DNA of 64,000 nucleotides from Alphaproteobacteria bacterium (GTDB lineage Bacteria; Pseudomonadota; Alphaproteobacteria; RF32; CAG-239): NCBI GenBank assembly GCA_017935485.1, contig JAGBHO010000023.1, positions 7,952 to 71,951 of the forward strand, read 5' to 3'. Shown piece by piece: positions 45,715 to 55,100 of this stretch (position 1 is its first letter; each line of letters starts with the position of its first letter). The notes under the pieces were generated by a model. It saw only the letters and a program-made list of their open reading frames with translations, ran no database searches and was not told where the DNA came from. The position numbers and the translations under genes were made by a program.

Positions 45715-46005
45715 ATGAAGGAAGGTATCTTCAAAGCGGTGGCAAATCCTCCCAAAATCTTGTGGGGGCCGTTTTTGCCTGTGCTGCTGAACCTGAGCGT
45801 TCAGTTTCCGCTGATGTTCATGATTGTCGGAACGTTTGATGTTAACCCGATTTTGTTTATGGCTTCGGTTTTTGCCGGACACATTGCCATTACGCTGATA
45901 GGTTTCCGCGAACCGCATGTTTCGAATATGCTTCAGGCCTTCGGCCAGAGCTATAAGCCTACAAACAATCTTTATCCGTCAAAAGGAAATAAATTTGCCC
46001 CATAG
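45715..46005 (+). CDS. virB3: VirB3/TrbD-family T4SS protein
   Basis: 96 aa. FKAVANPPKILWGPFLPVLLN followed by two hydrophobic helices. It lies immediately upstream of and overlapping virB4. Confidence 0.75.
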   Translation: MKEGIFKAVANPPKILWGPFLPVLLNLSVQFPLMFMIVGTFDVNPILFMASVFAGHIAITLIGFREPHVSNMLQAFGQSYKPTNNLYPSKGNKFAP

Positions 46006-48430
46006 TAATTTTGATTTCTTTTCTATCTTTGTGCAGGGTCTGTCGAATATCGAGATCCTGGTGGCGATGATGGGTTTTCTGTCAGCGGCGGCTTTTGCCG
46101 GCCTTTTTGTGACCAGATTCGGGCGCTCCGTTCTGCCGCAGCCGCGGGAATCCCGCGTGTCGGACTTTTTGCCTTTCGACAAACTCCTTTCGGACGGAAT
46201 TACCATTCGCTGTTACAACGGCTCTTTGTCGCGCGTTTTTAAGATAGACGGTGCGGATCTGGCTTTTGTGAATGAAGAAAAAGTTATGTCAATGCTGGAG
46301 GCGCGCAAGTCTTGGATTGACAATATGTCAAGCCTGTCGGTCACTGTGCGGGTCATTACGCAGCGCGAGCGCATTCCGCTGGAGTCCGAAGTCCGCGATT
46401 TTAATAATCCGCTGCTTGAACATATTTCGGAAGTCTGGCGCGGCAACCTTGACCGTGTCTATACCAACAGCCACTACGTTATTTTGAGCGTGGAAGACCG
46501 CCCCGATGCCCTGAAAGATTTGAACTATGCCTCGCAGACCCTGTTGGCGATTTTGAATGACTATGGTGTTAAAACCCTTTATGAAACCGAGACCAGTCCG
46601 GCGGAAGACAGTCCGTTTTCAATCTTTGCCAAATTATGCAGTCCGGTCAGCAAGCCGCAGCCCAAAGTCGGCCACGCCGAAGGCCACCATCTGAACGAGC
46701 TCCTGACCGCCGATCATATTCATTTTACCGGCGAGGAAGGGCTGATCCGCTATTTCTCCGGCGAAAAAGAAGTATGGGCGGTTGTGATGGGAATTCGCGA
46801 TTCCGGCGACTACATGGATGAATCCATGGTCGTTTCGCTGCTTTCCATCGATTGTGAACTGACCTTTCTGCATAATATCAAAACCTTGTTCAAACCCAAA
46901 GCGCGCGCCTTGTTAATGCAGCAGCAGAGAATGGCCTCCATTACCAGCTTTTCGCCCGAGGTCGTCAACCAGTATTCCGAAGTCTTGGCCAATATTGAAG
47001 ACAGCGACGCCAACTATCAGGCGCTGACCGAATACGCCATGACTATTATTCTCCGCGGCGAAAGCAAAGACGAAATCGAATTTGCCGAAGGCGAAGTCCA
47101 GCGTATCTGCCGTTTGTTCAGCGTGACGCCGGTTCGTGAGGGCTGGGTTGCGCAGGCGGCCTTTTTCAACCAGTTTCCGACCTATGAGACCTATCCGCGG
47201 ACTTATCGCTATCTGTCGCGCGTCGTTGCCTGTGCCGTTTGCTTTGACAAGCCGGCTGCCGGTTTTGACAAATCAGACTGGGGTCCCGGCCCGATTTCTA
47301 TCTTCAAGACCACATCCGGTTCGGCTTACCGCTTCCAGTTCCATGTTTCCGGCGAAGAAGCTGCCGTTGCCCACTGCTGCATTATCGGTCCGACCGGACA
47401 AGGTAAAACGACCTTGCTGACCTTTTTGGCCGGTCAGGCCATGCGCCATCACGATTTGAAAGTCTTTTTCTTTGACCGTTACCGCGGTGCCGAAATCTTT
47501 ACCCGCGCCATCGGCGGAGCCTATGTCGGCTTTGACGGCGATGAGAAAAACGTGTCAATCAACCCGTTCGACTGTCCGAACAGCCCGAACAACCGCGCTT
47601 TTCTGCGCCGTTGGATGCGCGCCATTACGATGGTTGACGACGCCCAGTCCGAAAAAGAAATTGCCCGTGCCGTTACCACCGCATTTGATTATCTCAAACC
47701 GGAAGAACGCGTGATGAGCAACTTGTATAAGAGCTGCTTCTCCCCGACCGGCAATATGCGCCGCGAGCTGTACAAATGGGTCAATCCTGAGCAGTACGGC
47801 GAAATCTTTAACGCCACGGAAGACAGTCTGGACTTAAAGTCCAAGCGTTTTATGGCTTTTGACTTTACCCATATTTTTGAAGACGAAATCCTTGCGCCGG
47901 CGGTCATCAGCTACGTTATGCACCGAATTCAGGGCGAAACCGGCGAGACCGGCGTGCCGTCTTTGATTATGATCGATGAGACCGCGCCGATGTTGAAACA
48001 TCCGATGTTTAAAGACTACTTTATTATCGGTTTGCAGGAAGGGCGTAAAAAACGTCAGGCTTACCTCTGCGCCTTCCAACAGCCGAACATTATTGACAAG
48101 CTCGGTCTGGGCGAGGTTGTCCGCGGCCAGTGCCAGACGGTAATCTTCTTCCGCAACCCGCAGGCCATGCCGGAAGATTATGTCAACTGGAACCTGACCA
48201 ACAGCGAAATTGACTTTATTTTCGGCCGCTCATACCGCGACTTCCCTTATGCCATTCTGCTTTCCCGTCCTGCCACCGGCGAATCCGTAATTCTGGACGT
48301 TGATTTAAGCGGTCTCGGCCCGTATCTGAAACTCTACAACTCCAGCCGTAAGAACGTATTGCTGGTTCAGGACCTGATCCAACAATACGGAGAAGAGAAT
48401 TTTGTTACAAAATATTTAAATATTGGCTGA
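45995..48430 (+). CDS. virB4: VirB4/TrbE-family T4SS ATPase
   Basis: Walker A IIGPTGQGKTT and Walker B SLIMIDETAPML; about 810 aa. The start is uncertain: TTG 45995 with SD aaggaa is proposed, ATG 46066/46069 is also possible, and the tracked start 45917 lies deep inside virB3. Confidence 0.9.
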   Translation: MPHSNFDFFSIFVQGLSNIEILVAMMGFLSAAAFAGLFVTRFGRSVLPQPRESRVSDFLPFDKLLSDGITIRCYNGSLSRVFKIDGADLAFVNEEKVMSMLEARKSWIDNMSSLSVTVRVITQRERIPLESEVRDFNNPLLEHISEVWRGNLDRVYTNSHYVILSVEDRPDALKDLNYASQTLLAILNDYGVKTLYETETSPAEDSPFSIFAKLCSPVSKPQPKVGHAEGHHLNELLTADHIHFTGEEGLIRYFSGEKEVWAVVMGIRDSGDYMDESMVVSLLSIDCELTFLHNIKTLFKPKARALLMQQQRMASITSFSPEVVNQYSEVLANIEDSDANYQALTEYAMTIILRGESKDEIEFAEGEVQRICRLFSVTPVREGWVAQAAFFNQFPTYETYPRTYRYLSRVVACAVCFDKPAAGFDKSDWGPGPISIFKTTSGSAYRFQFHVSGEEAAVAHCCIIGPTGQGKTTLLTFLAGQAMRHHDLKVFFFDRYRGAEIFTRAIGGAYVGFDGDEKNVSINPFDCPNSPNNRAFLRRWMRAITMVDDAQSEKEIARAVTTAFDYLKPEERVMSNLYKSCFSPTGNMRRELYKWVNPEQYGEIFNATEDSLDLKSKRFMAFDFTHIFEDEILAPAVISYVMHRIQGETGETGVPSLIMIDETAPMLKHPMFKDYFIIGLQEGRKKRQAYLCAFQQPNIIDKLGLGEVVRGQCQTVIFFRNPQAMPEDYVNWNLTNSEIDFIFGRSYRDFPYAILLSRPATGESVILDVDLSGLGPYLKLYNSSRKNVLLVQDLIQQYGEENFVTKYLNIG

Positions 48431-48507
48431 TTTAGACATTATTAATTTTTGTTGTAGTATTTTGTATGGTATACTGAAAGTATAAGCCTTAACAGGGGAG
48501 GTATGTC

Positions 48508-48807
48508 ATGAAAAAAATTAAAATCATTACACTTGCGCTTATGATTGCGGTTGTTTTCAACATGGCCGCTTCCCGCAAATCTCATGCTTTTATCTTTCCG
48601 ATACCGGTGACCGACGCGTCAACCCTCGGTCAGAATGTGGTTAATGACATCAAACTGGTGCTTGAAGCCAAATTCACGGCCGAAACCATGCGTCTGGCCG
48701 GAAGAATGAACAATACCATCGGCGCCACGGTTTTTGATCCGCACAAACTCTTCGAAGACGGCTATATCAGCAAAGGCGAGGATGAAGGCGAGTATGGTCA
48801 GGACTAG
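48508..48807 (+). CDS. Small secreted protein; N-terminal module paralogous to the next gene, VirB5/TrbJ-like leader region
   Basis: Signal peptide ...SRKSHA, then FIFPIPVTDASTLGQNVVNDIKLVLEAKF. This is colinear with LIPVFDRGTMMQCLGTNLKVILESKF of 48818..50248 and resembles the IPVxD start of VirB5/TrbJ. Confidence 0.55.
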   Translation: MKKIKIITLALMIAVVFNMAASRKSHAFIFPIPVTDASTLGQNVVNDIKLVLEAKFTAETMRLAGRMNNTIGATVFDPHKLFEDGYISKGEDEGEYGQD

Positions 48808-48817
48808 GAGGTGCAAG

Positions 48818-50248
48818 ATGAAAATATTTAAAAATATTATAATCCGGAGCCTCTTGGCGGCTGTTTTTTGCATTATGGCCGTTCGTGCGTCTCAGGCGCT
48901 GATTCCCGTATTTGACAGAGGAACCATGATGCAGTGCCTCGGTACCAATCTGAAAGTAATCCTTGAATCCAAATTTGTGGTAAACATCATGAATACCGAA
49001 GGTAACATGAATACCACGATGGGAACGGCCAAATCCAATTTCTTTAACTTTTTGAACACGGGAATACACAGCGGCGACGGCAATGAGCCGAATGGCGAAT
49101 ATGATCAGGATTACGACCACCTGCCAAACAATAAAGTGCCTGGTGCCGGAGATGCCAAAATGAACCTGATAAAAGACCTCGGCGCTTCGCTTGATCCGCG
49201 AAAAAGCAAAATCCAGCTGGCGGATTTGAGCGGCACGGCCACAATATCCGGCAGTTCCGGCATTGCTTCGGCCAAAGCCGTTAATGAGGAATACAGCGGG
49301 TTGTATTCAACCGAAGACGGCGATAAGTTTATTTTTCCGGACGCCATGGCCGATTATTGCGAAATCAACGTTGACGACATAAACACGCTGGATAAAAAAG
49401 TAAAGATGATTGAATGCCTCAAAAAAAGGTTTCGCTTTCAGATAAGCCCGCGCCAATCGGATCAGGCTGAGGCGCGCGATATTTTTTATAAATCGGTAAT
49501 GGAAGAAGCCTATGCCAATATTGCCGAAGCGCTGGTAACGCGCAATTTTGCCGTTTATTATGAAAAAGAAATTTTAAAGCCTTTGTCCAAAAAAGCAATC
49601 AAGGCTCAAACCGAACGTGACGACTACGCCACGACCATGATTATGAACAAAGAAATCGCCCGTATTTTGAACAAGCTTTATAATGTTTACGCCATGCAGC
49701 TTTCTTACAACATGTTTGCCGAATACGGAAACTTTGAGCCTTTTCAGGAAGAACTTGAAGACAAGCCCGAAGATCCGAACCCGCAGGGAACAAAAGACAA
49801 GATCATGATCATTCCGCGGACGCTGGCCGAATTTTGCAGTTTGGACGCTGATACCGCCGGAAAAATGGAAAACAAGGAAAAAGTCGTGGAATGCCTCAAG
49901 TCTCTGATTGCCCTGCGTGAGCAGCCGACCCAGTCAGCCAAGCATGAAGCGCGCGAAATTTTCATAAAATCGGTGGAACAGCAGAATTATGCCTTTTTTG
50001 CCGAGGCTTTGCTGGCACGGCTGTATTCAATTGATTATGAAAAAAACGTTCTTCAGCCGGTTGAAAACAAAGCCATAGAGTCAACGACCGTAAAATTGGA
50101 TTATGATACGGTTTTAAAAGCCAATAAAGAAATTGCCAATATGCTGGCGCGGATTATGAATGTTTATACCATGAAAGTCGCCAATGACACGTTCCAGTAT
50201 TACGGCGAATATGAAATCATCCGCGAGCAACTGTTGAATATTGATTAG
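48818..50248 (+). CDS. Secreted helical protein, 476 aa, with an internal ~150-aa duplication (T4SS-associated family member)
   Basis: SD aggagg then ATG 48818, with signal peptide ...AVRASQA. It holds two modules: ...CLKKRFRFQISPRQSDQAEARDIFYKSVMEEAYANIAEAL... and ...CLKSLIALREQPTQSAKHEAREIFIKSVEQQNYAFFAEAL... Confidence 0.65.
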   Translation: MKIFKNIIIRSLLAAVFCIMAVRASQALIPVFDRGTMMQCLGTNLKVILESKFVVNIMNTEGNMNTTMGTAKSNFFNFLNTGIHSGDGNEPNGEYDQDYDHLPNNKVPGAGDAKMNLIKDLGASLDPRKSKIQLADLSGTATISGSSGIASAKAVNEEYSGLYSTEDGDKFIFPDAMADYCEINVDDINTLDKKVKMIECLKKRFRFQISPRQSDQAEARDIFYKSVMEEAYANIAEALVTRNFAVYYEKEILKPLSKKAIKAQTERDDYATTMIMNKEIARILNKLYNVYAMQLSYNMFAEYGNFEPFQEELEDKPEDPNPQGTKDKIMIIPRTLAEFCSLDADTAGKMENKEKVVECLKSLIALREQPTQSAKHEAREIFIKSVEQQNYAFFAEALLARLYSIDYEKNVLQPVENKAIESTTVKLDYDTVLKANKEIANMLARIMNVYTMKVANDTFQYYGEYEIIREQLLNID

Positions 50249-50258
50249 GGAGGCTGCC

Positions 50259-50966
50259 ATGAAAAAACAAATTACTTTTGCTTTGGGCTTTTTGGCATTT
50301 TCCCTGCTGCAGCCTTGTCAGACGCGGGCGCTGATGGTATCGGATGCCCTTACCAAAGCTCAGGATAAAATAGAAGAAACGACGGAAGTTCTGAAAATGG
50401 CGCAGGAAAAAGTATCGGACGCCGAGTCAAAAATGCGGAATTCCAAAATCGGAGAATTTGGCAAAAAGGCCATGGAGGGCTATAATTATATTAATGACCG
50501 CCTGACCATGGGCAGAAACCTGCTGGCCGGAGATCTGAAGCTTTCTCCGCTGGATGTTCCGGGCTATCTGAAAGGCAAAACCAATGATGTTGACGCCGCG
50601 CAGGAAGTCATAAAAACCGAATATATTGCCAAATACGGTTCCGGCGATGATACGACCAAATCAAAACACCAAAAGCGGCAGGATATGGAAGTGCAGCATA
50701 ATAATATTGCCACGATTTATGCCAAGGCCTACAGCATCCGCTATTATCTGAAAAAAGCGCGAACCGAACAGCCGGATCCGCAGGTGGATCTGGAAGACAG
50801 CCGCAAACTGATTCAGGCCGGCCGTGCATATGCCGAAAGCACAAACCGCCGCCTTTTGGATATGATTGCTATGGAAATGGCGCTGCTTGAATTTGAGAGC
50901 TCGGAAGTTGTATTTGCTAGCAAATCGCAGAGAAATGATCTGGCAACCGTGGATGAAGGAGACTAA
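50259..50966 (+). CDS. Secreted helical protein, 235 aa (T4SS-associated family member)
   Basis: The initiation region ttagggaggctgccATGaaaaaa is nearly identical to that of 52125..56324. Signal peptide ...PCQTRA, helical and charged. Confidence 0.6.
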   Translation: MKKQITFALGFLAFSLLQPCQTRALMVSDALTKAQDKIEETTEVLKMAQEKVSDAESKMRNSKIGEFGKKAMEGYNYINDRLTMGRNLLAGDLKLSPLDVPGYLKGKTNDVDAAQEVIKTEYIAKYGSGDDTTKSKHQKRQDMEVQHNNIATIYAKAYSIRYYLKKARTEQPDPQVDLEDSRKLIQAGRAYAESTNRRLLDMIAMEMALLEFESSEVVFASKSQRNDLATVDEGD

Positions 50967-50968
50967 CA

Positions 50969-52114
50969 ATGAACAAACTTTTAAAAAATATAAGTTTTCT
51001 GCTCGGCGTTTCTCTTCTGACCCACGCTGCTCCGGCACAGGCGTTTTTTACGATCGACGTTGCCGAGATGGGCGGCCGCCTGAGTACGATTGTGGGCGAT
51101 GCTTTGCGTAAAGCCCAAAAAGACCTTGATACCAAGGAACAGCAGATATTCAGTGAGCTGATTGGCGAAGGCAATAAAGAAGCCAAAGAGATTTTGCCGA
51201 TGATTAAAGGCTGGAAGACCGAATATGCCGACAAAGTATTGTCTTTGGGCGGCAATAAAGACGTATACGCCTCTTCTTCAATGGATTCCGCCCGCCTGAG
51301 TCAGGTTGATGCCCGAATAGCTCAGCTTTTGGCCGATAAAGCCAATATCAGTGCCGAAAACAATGAAGTCTATAAGATAAAACAAGCCGAGATAAACGGC
51401 AAAATTGAGGCTGCGGAAAAAAATATTGCCGAAGCTCAGAAAGAATTGGCCGCCACGCCTTCCGACGACTTTGCCACGGGGCTGGAACTGGAAAATTATA
51501 TCGGTGAAAATCAGGAACTTATTAATAGCTATAAAGAAGAACTGGCCGCGCTGGATAAAGAATACAGCGTCAGCGCCAAACTGGACGATGTTCAGTCCAT
51601 GCTCGATGCCCTGAATGCCGAAAAAGCCAAGCTTCAGGAACAAATCAAGAAAAAACTTGAAAATATTATAAAGGACGCCATCAATCTGGATGATCCGAGC
51701 GGCGGCCTGAGCAAAGCCAAAGATCAAAACTACACCACCAAGGAAGTGGCGGAAAATGTAAAAGAAATCCGTAAAAAACGCTTTATTGAACGCCGCAATG
51801 CCGTCACGTCAAGCTATGCCGAGGCTATCCAGCTGAAATACAGAATGTATACGGAGCCGGATGTCTTTAAAGATTTTACCGATACGGCGGAAAACATGGA
51901 AACGCTGGGCGGGCAGGTCGGCATGGATACGCAGATGAAAATCAAAATCATTGAGCTTTTAATGCAATATGCCAACCTTATGGTCAATGATTTGCGTGAA
52001 TATACCGCGCATGAATACGGCGACCGGCGGTTTTATACAATGCGTCAGCCGGAAAATGACTTGATTAATTTTAACCTCGATGACTATGTCATGCGCGACA
52101 AAGAAGATATTTAG
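50969..52114 (+). CDS. Secreted coiled-coil protein, 381 aa (T4SS-associated family member)
   Basis: SD aaggag, signal peptide ...HAAPAQA and long heptad-like E/K/A/L stretches. Confidence 0.6.
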   Translation: MNKLLKNISFLLGVSLLTHAAPAQAFFTIDVAEMGGRLSTIVGDALRKAQKDLDTKEQQIFSELIGEGNKEAKEILPMIKGWKTEYADKVLSLGGNKDVYASSSMDSARLSQVDARIAQLLADKANISAENNEVYKIKQAEINGKIEAAEKNIAEAQKELAATPSDDFATGLELENYIGENQELINSYKEELAALDKEYSVSAKLDDVQSMLDALNAEKAKLQEQIKKKLENIIKDAINLDDPSGGLSKAKDQNYTTKEVAENVKEIRKKRFIERRNAVTSSYAEAIQLKYRMYTEPDVFKDFTDTAENMETLGGQVGMDTQMKIKIIELLMQYANLMVNDLREYTAHEYGDRRFYTMRQPENDLINFNLDDYVMRDKEDI

Positions 52115-52124
52115 GGAGGCAGCC

Positions 52125-55100
52125 ATGAAAAAATTTCAACAAAAATCCCAAAGAAATATTCTGTTTGCGGCAATTTTCAGTACGGTTCTGCTGTTCAGCG
52201 GCAAAGCGGACGCCTTTTTCGGCCTGTTTTTCGGAGGTCCGGTTTTTGAACCGACGTCTACGGCTGCCGAGCTCGGCAAAAATATCTCCACGGCATTGAC
52301 TGAGCTTTCTGCCGAAGCGGACAAACTCAAACAGCAGATTGCCAATGCCTTTACTGCCAAGGCCTTAAATTTTAATTCAAATTTCAATCTCCGGTTGGAA
52401 CACAAACCGATTGCCGGCGCTAAAATTCTGGAAGAACCGTCGGTTGATCCGTTGAATGAAAGCGAAGTTAAAAAATATATTTACAAGTTGTTTTTAACCT
52501 ATCCCGCCCACGATATTCCCACACAGGTAAAATATCGTAAAATGGCGCAGGACTTTTATGATGACAGCGTTTTGGAAGCCTATTCCGCCGCAAGGGAAGT
52601 CGAAAAATATCTTTCAACCGACGTTGCTGCCAAATTTGCCGCCTTGCAGTCGCGATTGCACGAAAGCGGCGGCGACGGGGCTTCATCGCCTGAGGCTCTG
52701 AACGAAGCGTTGTATAACAACTATCTGGCTTATCAGACCATAGACACGATCTCCCGCGTTTTGCAGGAGTTAACGGCCATAAAAGCCCAGCTGGAAGCGG
52801 CACGCGCCATTAATGATATCGTCGAACCTCTGGAATATCCGGATCCCGACCCCACGCTTCAGGGGGCTCTGAGCTTTGATAATCTGCCCAAACTGGCGTT
52901 GAACGGATCTTTTAGTTTGTCCGGCCATGCAATGGTGGCAGGCGCAGACGCTCACATTACCAAAAAGCCGGAAACCACTCCTCAAAAAGTGACGATGGGC
53001 AACGGTACGGTGATTGAAAATATTGATGAAAATACGGTTGTTGAAGTCAATGTGGAAAAGAAAAAAGTTAATCCGCTTTGCACTCAGGAACCTTGCGAGT
53101 ATTATGAATACAACGAAGACGCCGACATGTATAAGCCTTTTGAAGGCTACAGTACGGTAGCTCCCGGCGGTATTATAAACTTCTCGCAAAGTGACGACCC
53201 GACTTTGGAGCACCCGTTCTATGACGCAAAATATAAAATGAATGAGATGACGCGTATGGAGTTTATTTATGACAAGATTACAACGGCCATAAATATCCAT
53301 AATCTGATTAAGAAGATACGTTTGGCGCAAGATGATTTTGAGAGCTACAAAAGAGTGGTTGCCCTGCATGAAAAGGCCTTGAGAATGCTCCGTCTGGTTG
53401 ACAAATGCGCTGTCACCATGCTGTCCAACAACTTTTCCGACGCTCCGTCGGTTTGGTGCGGTCAGGCCAGTTGTGACAATGTCGTAGCCGATTATACGGA
53501 TTGTCCGGTTCTGAACTTTGAAGATTTGTCCGCCAACAGCGAAGATGACTGCAGCGAAGACGTTTCTGCCGATTATGCCGCCCGCAGCGGCGTTTCGGGC
53601 TGGGCGCTTGACCAGTATGATCTGGCCAGAGCCGCCATCAGCAGCGGTGAAAACTATAATATCAGTGCCGTACCGGCGCCGACGGAAGACGATATTCATA
53701 CCAAAGATTTGGATAATGTTGAAAAAGAGGGTATCCCCTATGCCGAAAAAGTTTCCGGTGCCGTCTTGGATGAAACAGCCCAATACGAGGCCGAAGCCCG
53801 CAAATCACAGCTTCTGCCGTGGGAAATCGGTGCCATTGCCGCCAAAACGCTGGCTGAAAATCCGGGAACCTGGGGCACCTTATCCAATCCTTATCCGGTT
53901 TGGAATGACCAAAAGAACTTTTACAGCCAGTATCTTGACGGCAAATATATAAATCTGCCGCAGTATCTGCAGTTTTTGGGGCAGGAACATATTTTTGAAT
54001 TGGCCTTGCCCGTGGCCAATACGGCAGCCTTAATTGCCGAAGTAAACGCTGCCAAAGCCGCGCTGGAAAGTGCCATCGCCGCCGTCAATGCGGATAAGGA
54101 TATGAAGGCTGAGGAAAAAACTAAGGAAATTCAGCGATTAAAAGACGAAACTGCCAAAAAAATCGAGCAGCTGAAAAATGATAAGGCTGCAAATGATGCA
54201 GCAATTCCTTCCGTTGTTGCCATTCCTCGTGATGAAACTTATCCCAATTTGTGGGAGTTGAACGCCAATGAAGATGAATTGCTGTCCGGCCCGTTAAAAT
54301 CTGTTCTGGGCGACAGCGTACCGGCAAATGACGGTTCGATTATCAGCAAAACAATCCTGAATAAGTTTAAGGAAGAAGTCCTGCCCGGATTGTTATCCGA
54401 GCGGGCGCTGGAATTGGGCAATGTCAGTGCTTCCGGCGGCGGGACAATTATTACAATGAGCCGTGTCATCGGTGATGCCCAGTCTCTGACAGCAGGCTTT
54501 ATTGAGAGTATGAAGGCTCAGATTAAGGCTACGCGCGAAAGTATGTGCGCCATGGGCGACAGCTTGTACTATTCTGTCGGAACGGCACCCGCCATGCACC
54601 AAAGCATGATGCAGGCTCTGGCTGCCGTCATCTATGAGGTGTCTGACGCCGAACTGGGGGTTTCTGCCAGTATGAAGCCTTGGGAAGCTACTATTAACCG
54701 GCTTGATATTTCGGAAGACGACAAAACCTTTATCGGCGTTAAGCCGCTGACCGACCGTGAAGCCAAAGCGCCGCGCGCGCCGTTGAAAATGGGGTATCCG
54801 CCGGTTAGGGAAATCTTCCACTTTGACGATTATGATTATGAGCATGCTGCCCCCGGCAGCCGGAAGTCCTTTGTGGCTTATGGCGGCGAAGTGCCGGAAC
54901 TCTGGAAAGAAATTCTGGCGGACAAGCCTTTTGTTCAAAAGGATATCGACCTGACCAAAATTCTTGACAGCGGCGTCGGAACCAACACGCTTCTTCGAGG
55001 CGGCCAGTTCCCCTGCAACCTGACGGCATCGTTGGTCGGCAATGAAGATAAATGTATAGACAATACGATTTATAACGTAGAACACAAACGCGAGTGCGCG

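Noticed and set aside
45917-45994. The tracked virB4 start at 45917 would give an 837-aa protein.
   Set aside because: That start lies 89 nt inside virB3 and encodes an Arg/Pro-rich, non-VirB4-like leader. A TTG at 45995 with an SD (aaggaa), or the ATGs at 46066/46069, fit better.
52770-53783. 337-aa minus-strand ORF inside the 1399-aa gene. Similar antisense ORFs occur at 14667..15539 (+), 44722..45612 (-), 54393..55163 (-) and 62892..63554 (-).
   Set aside because: All are nested antisense to longer ORFs that have SDs, signal peptides and paralogs. Their translations are Phe/Arg/Ile-rich with no recognisable motifs.
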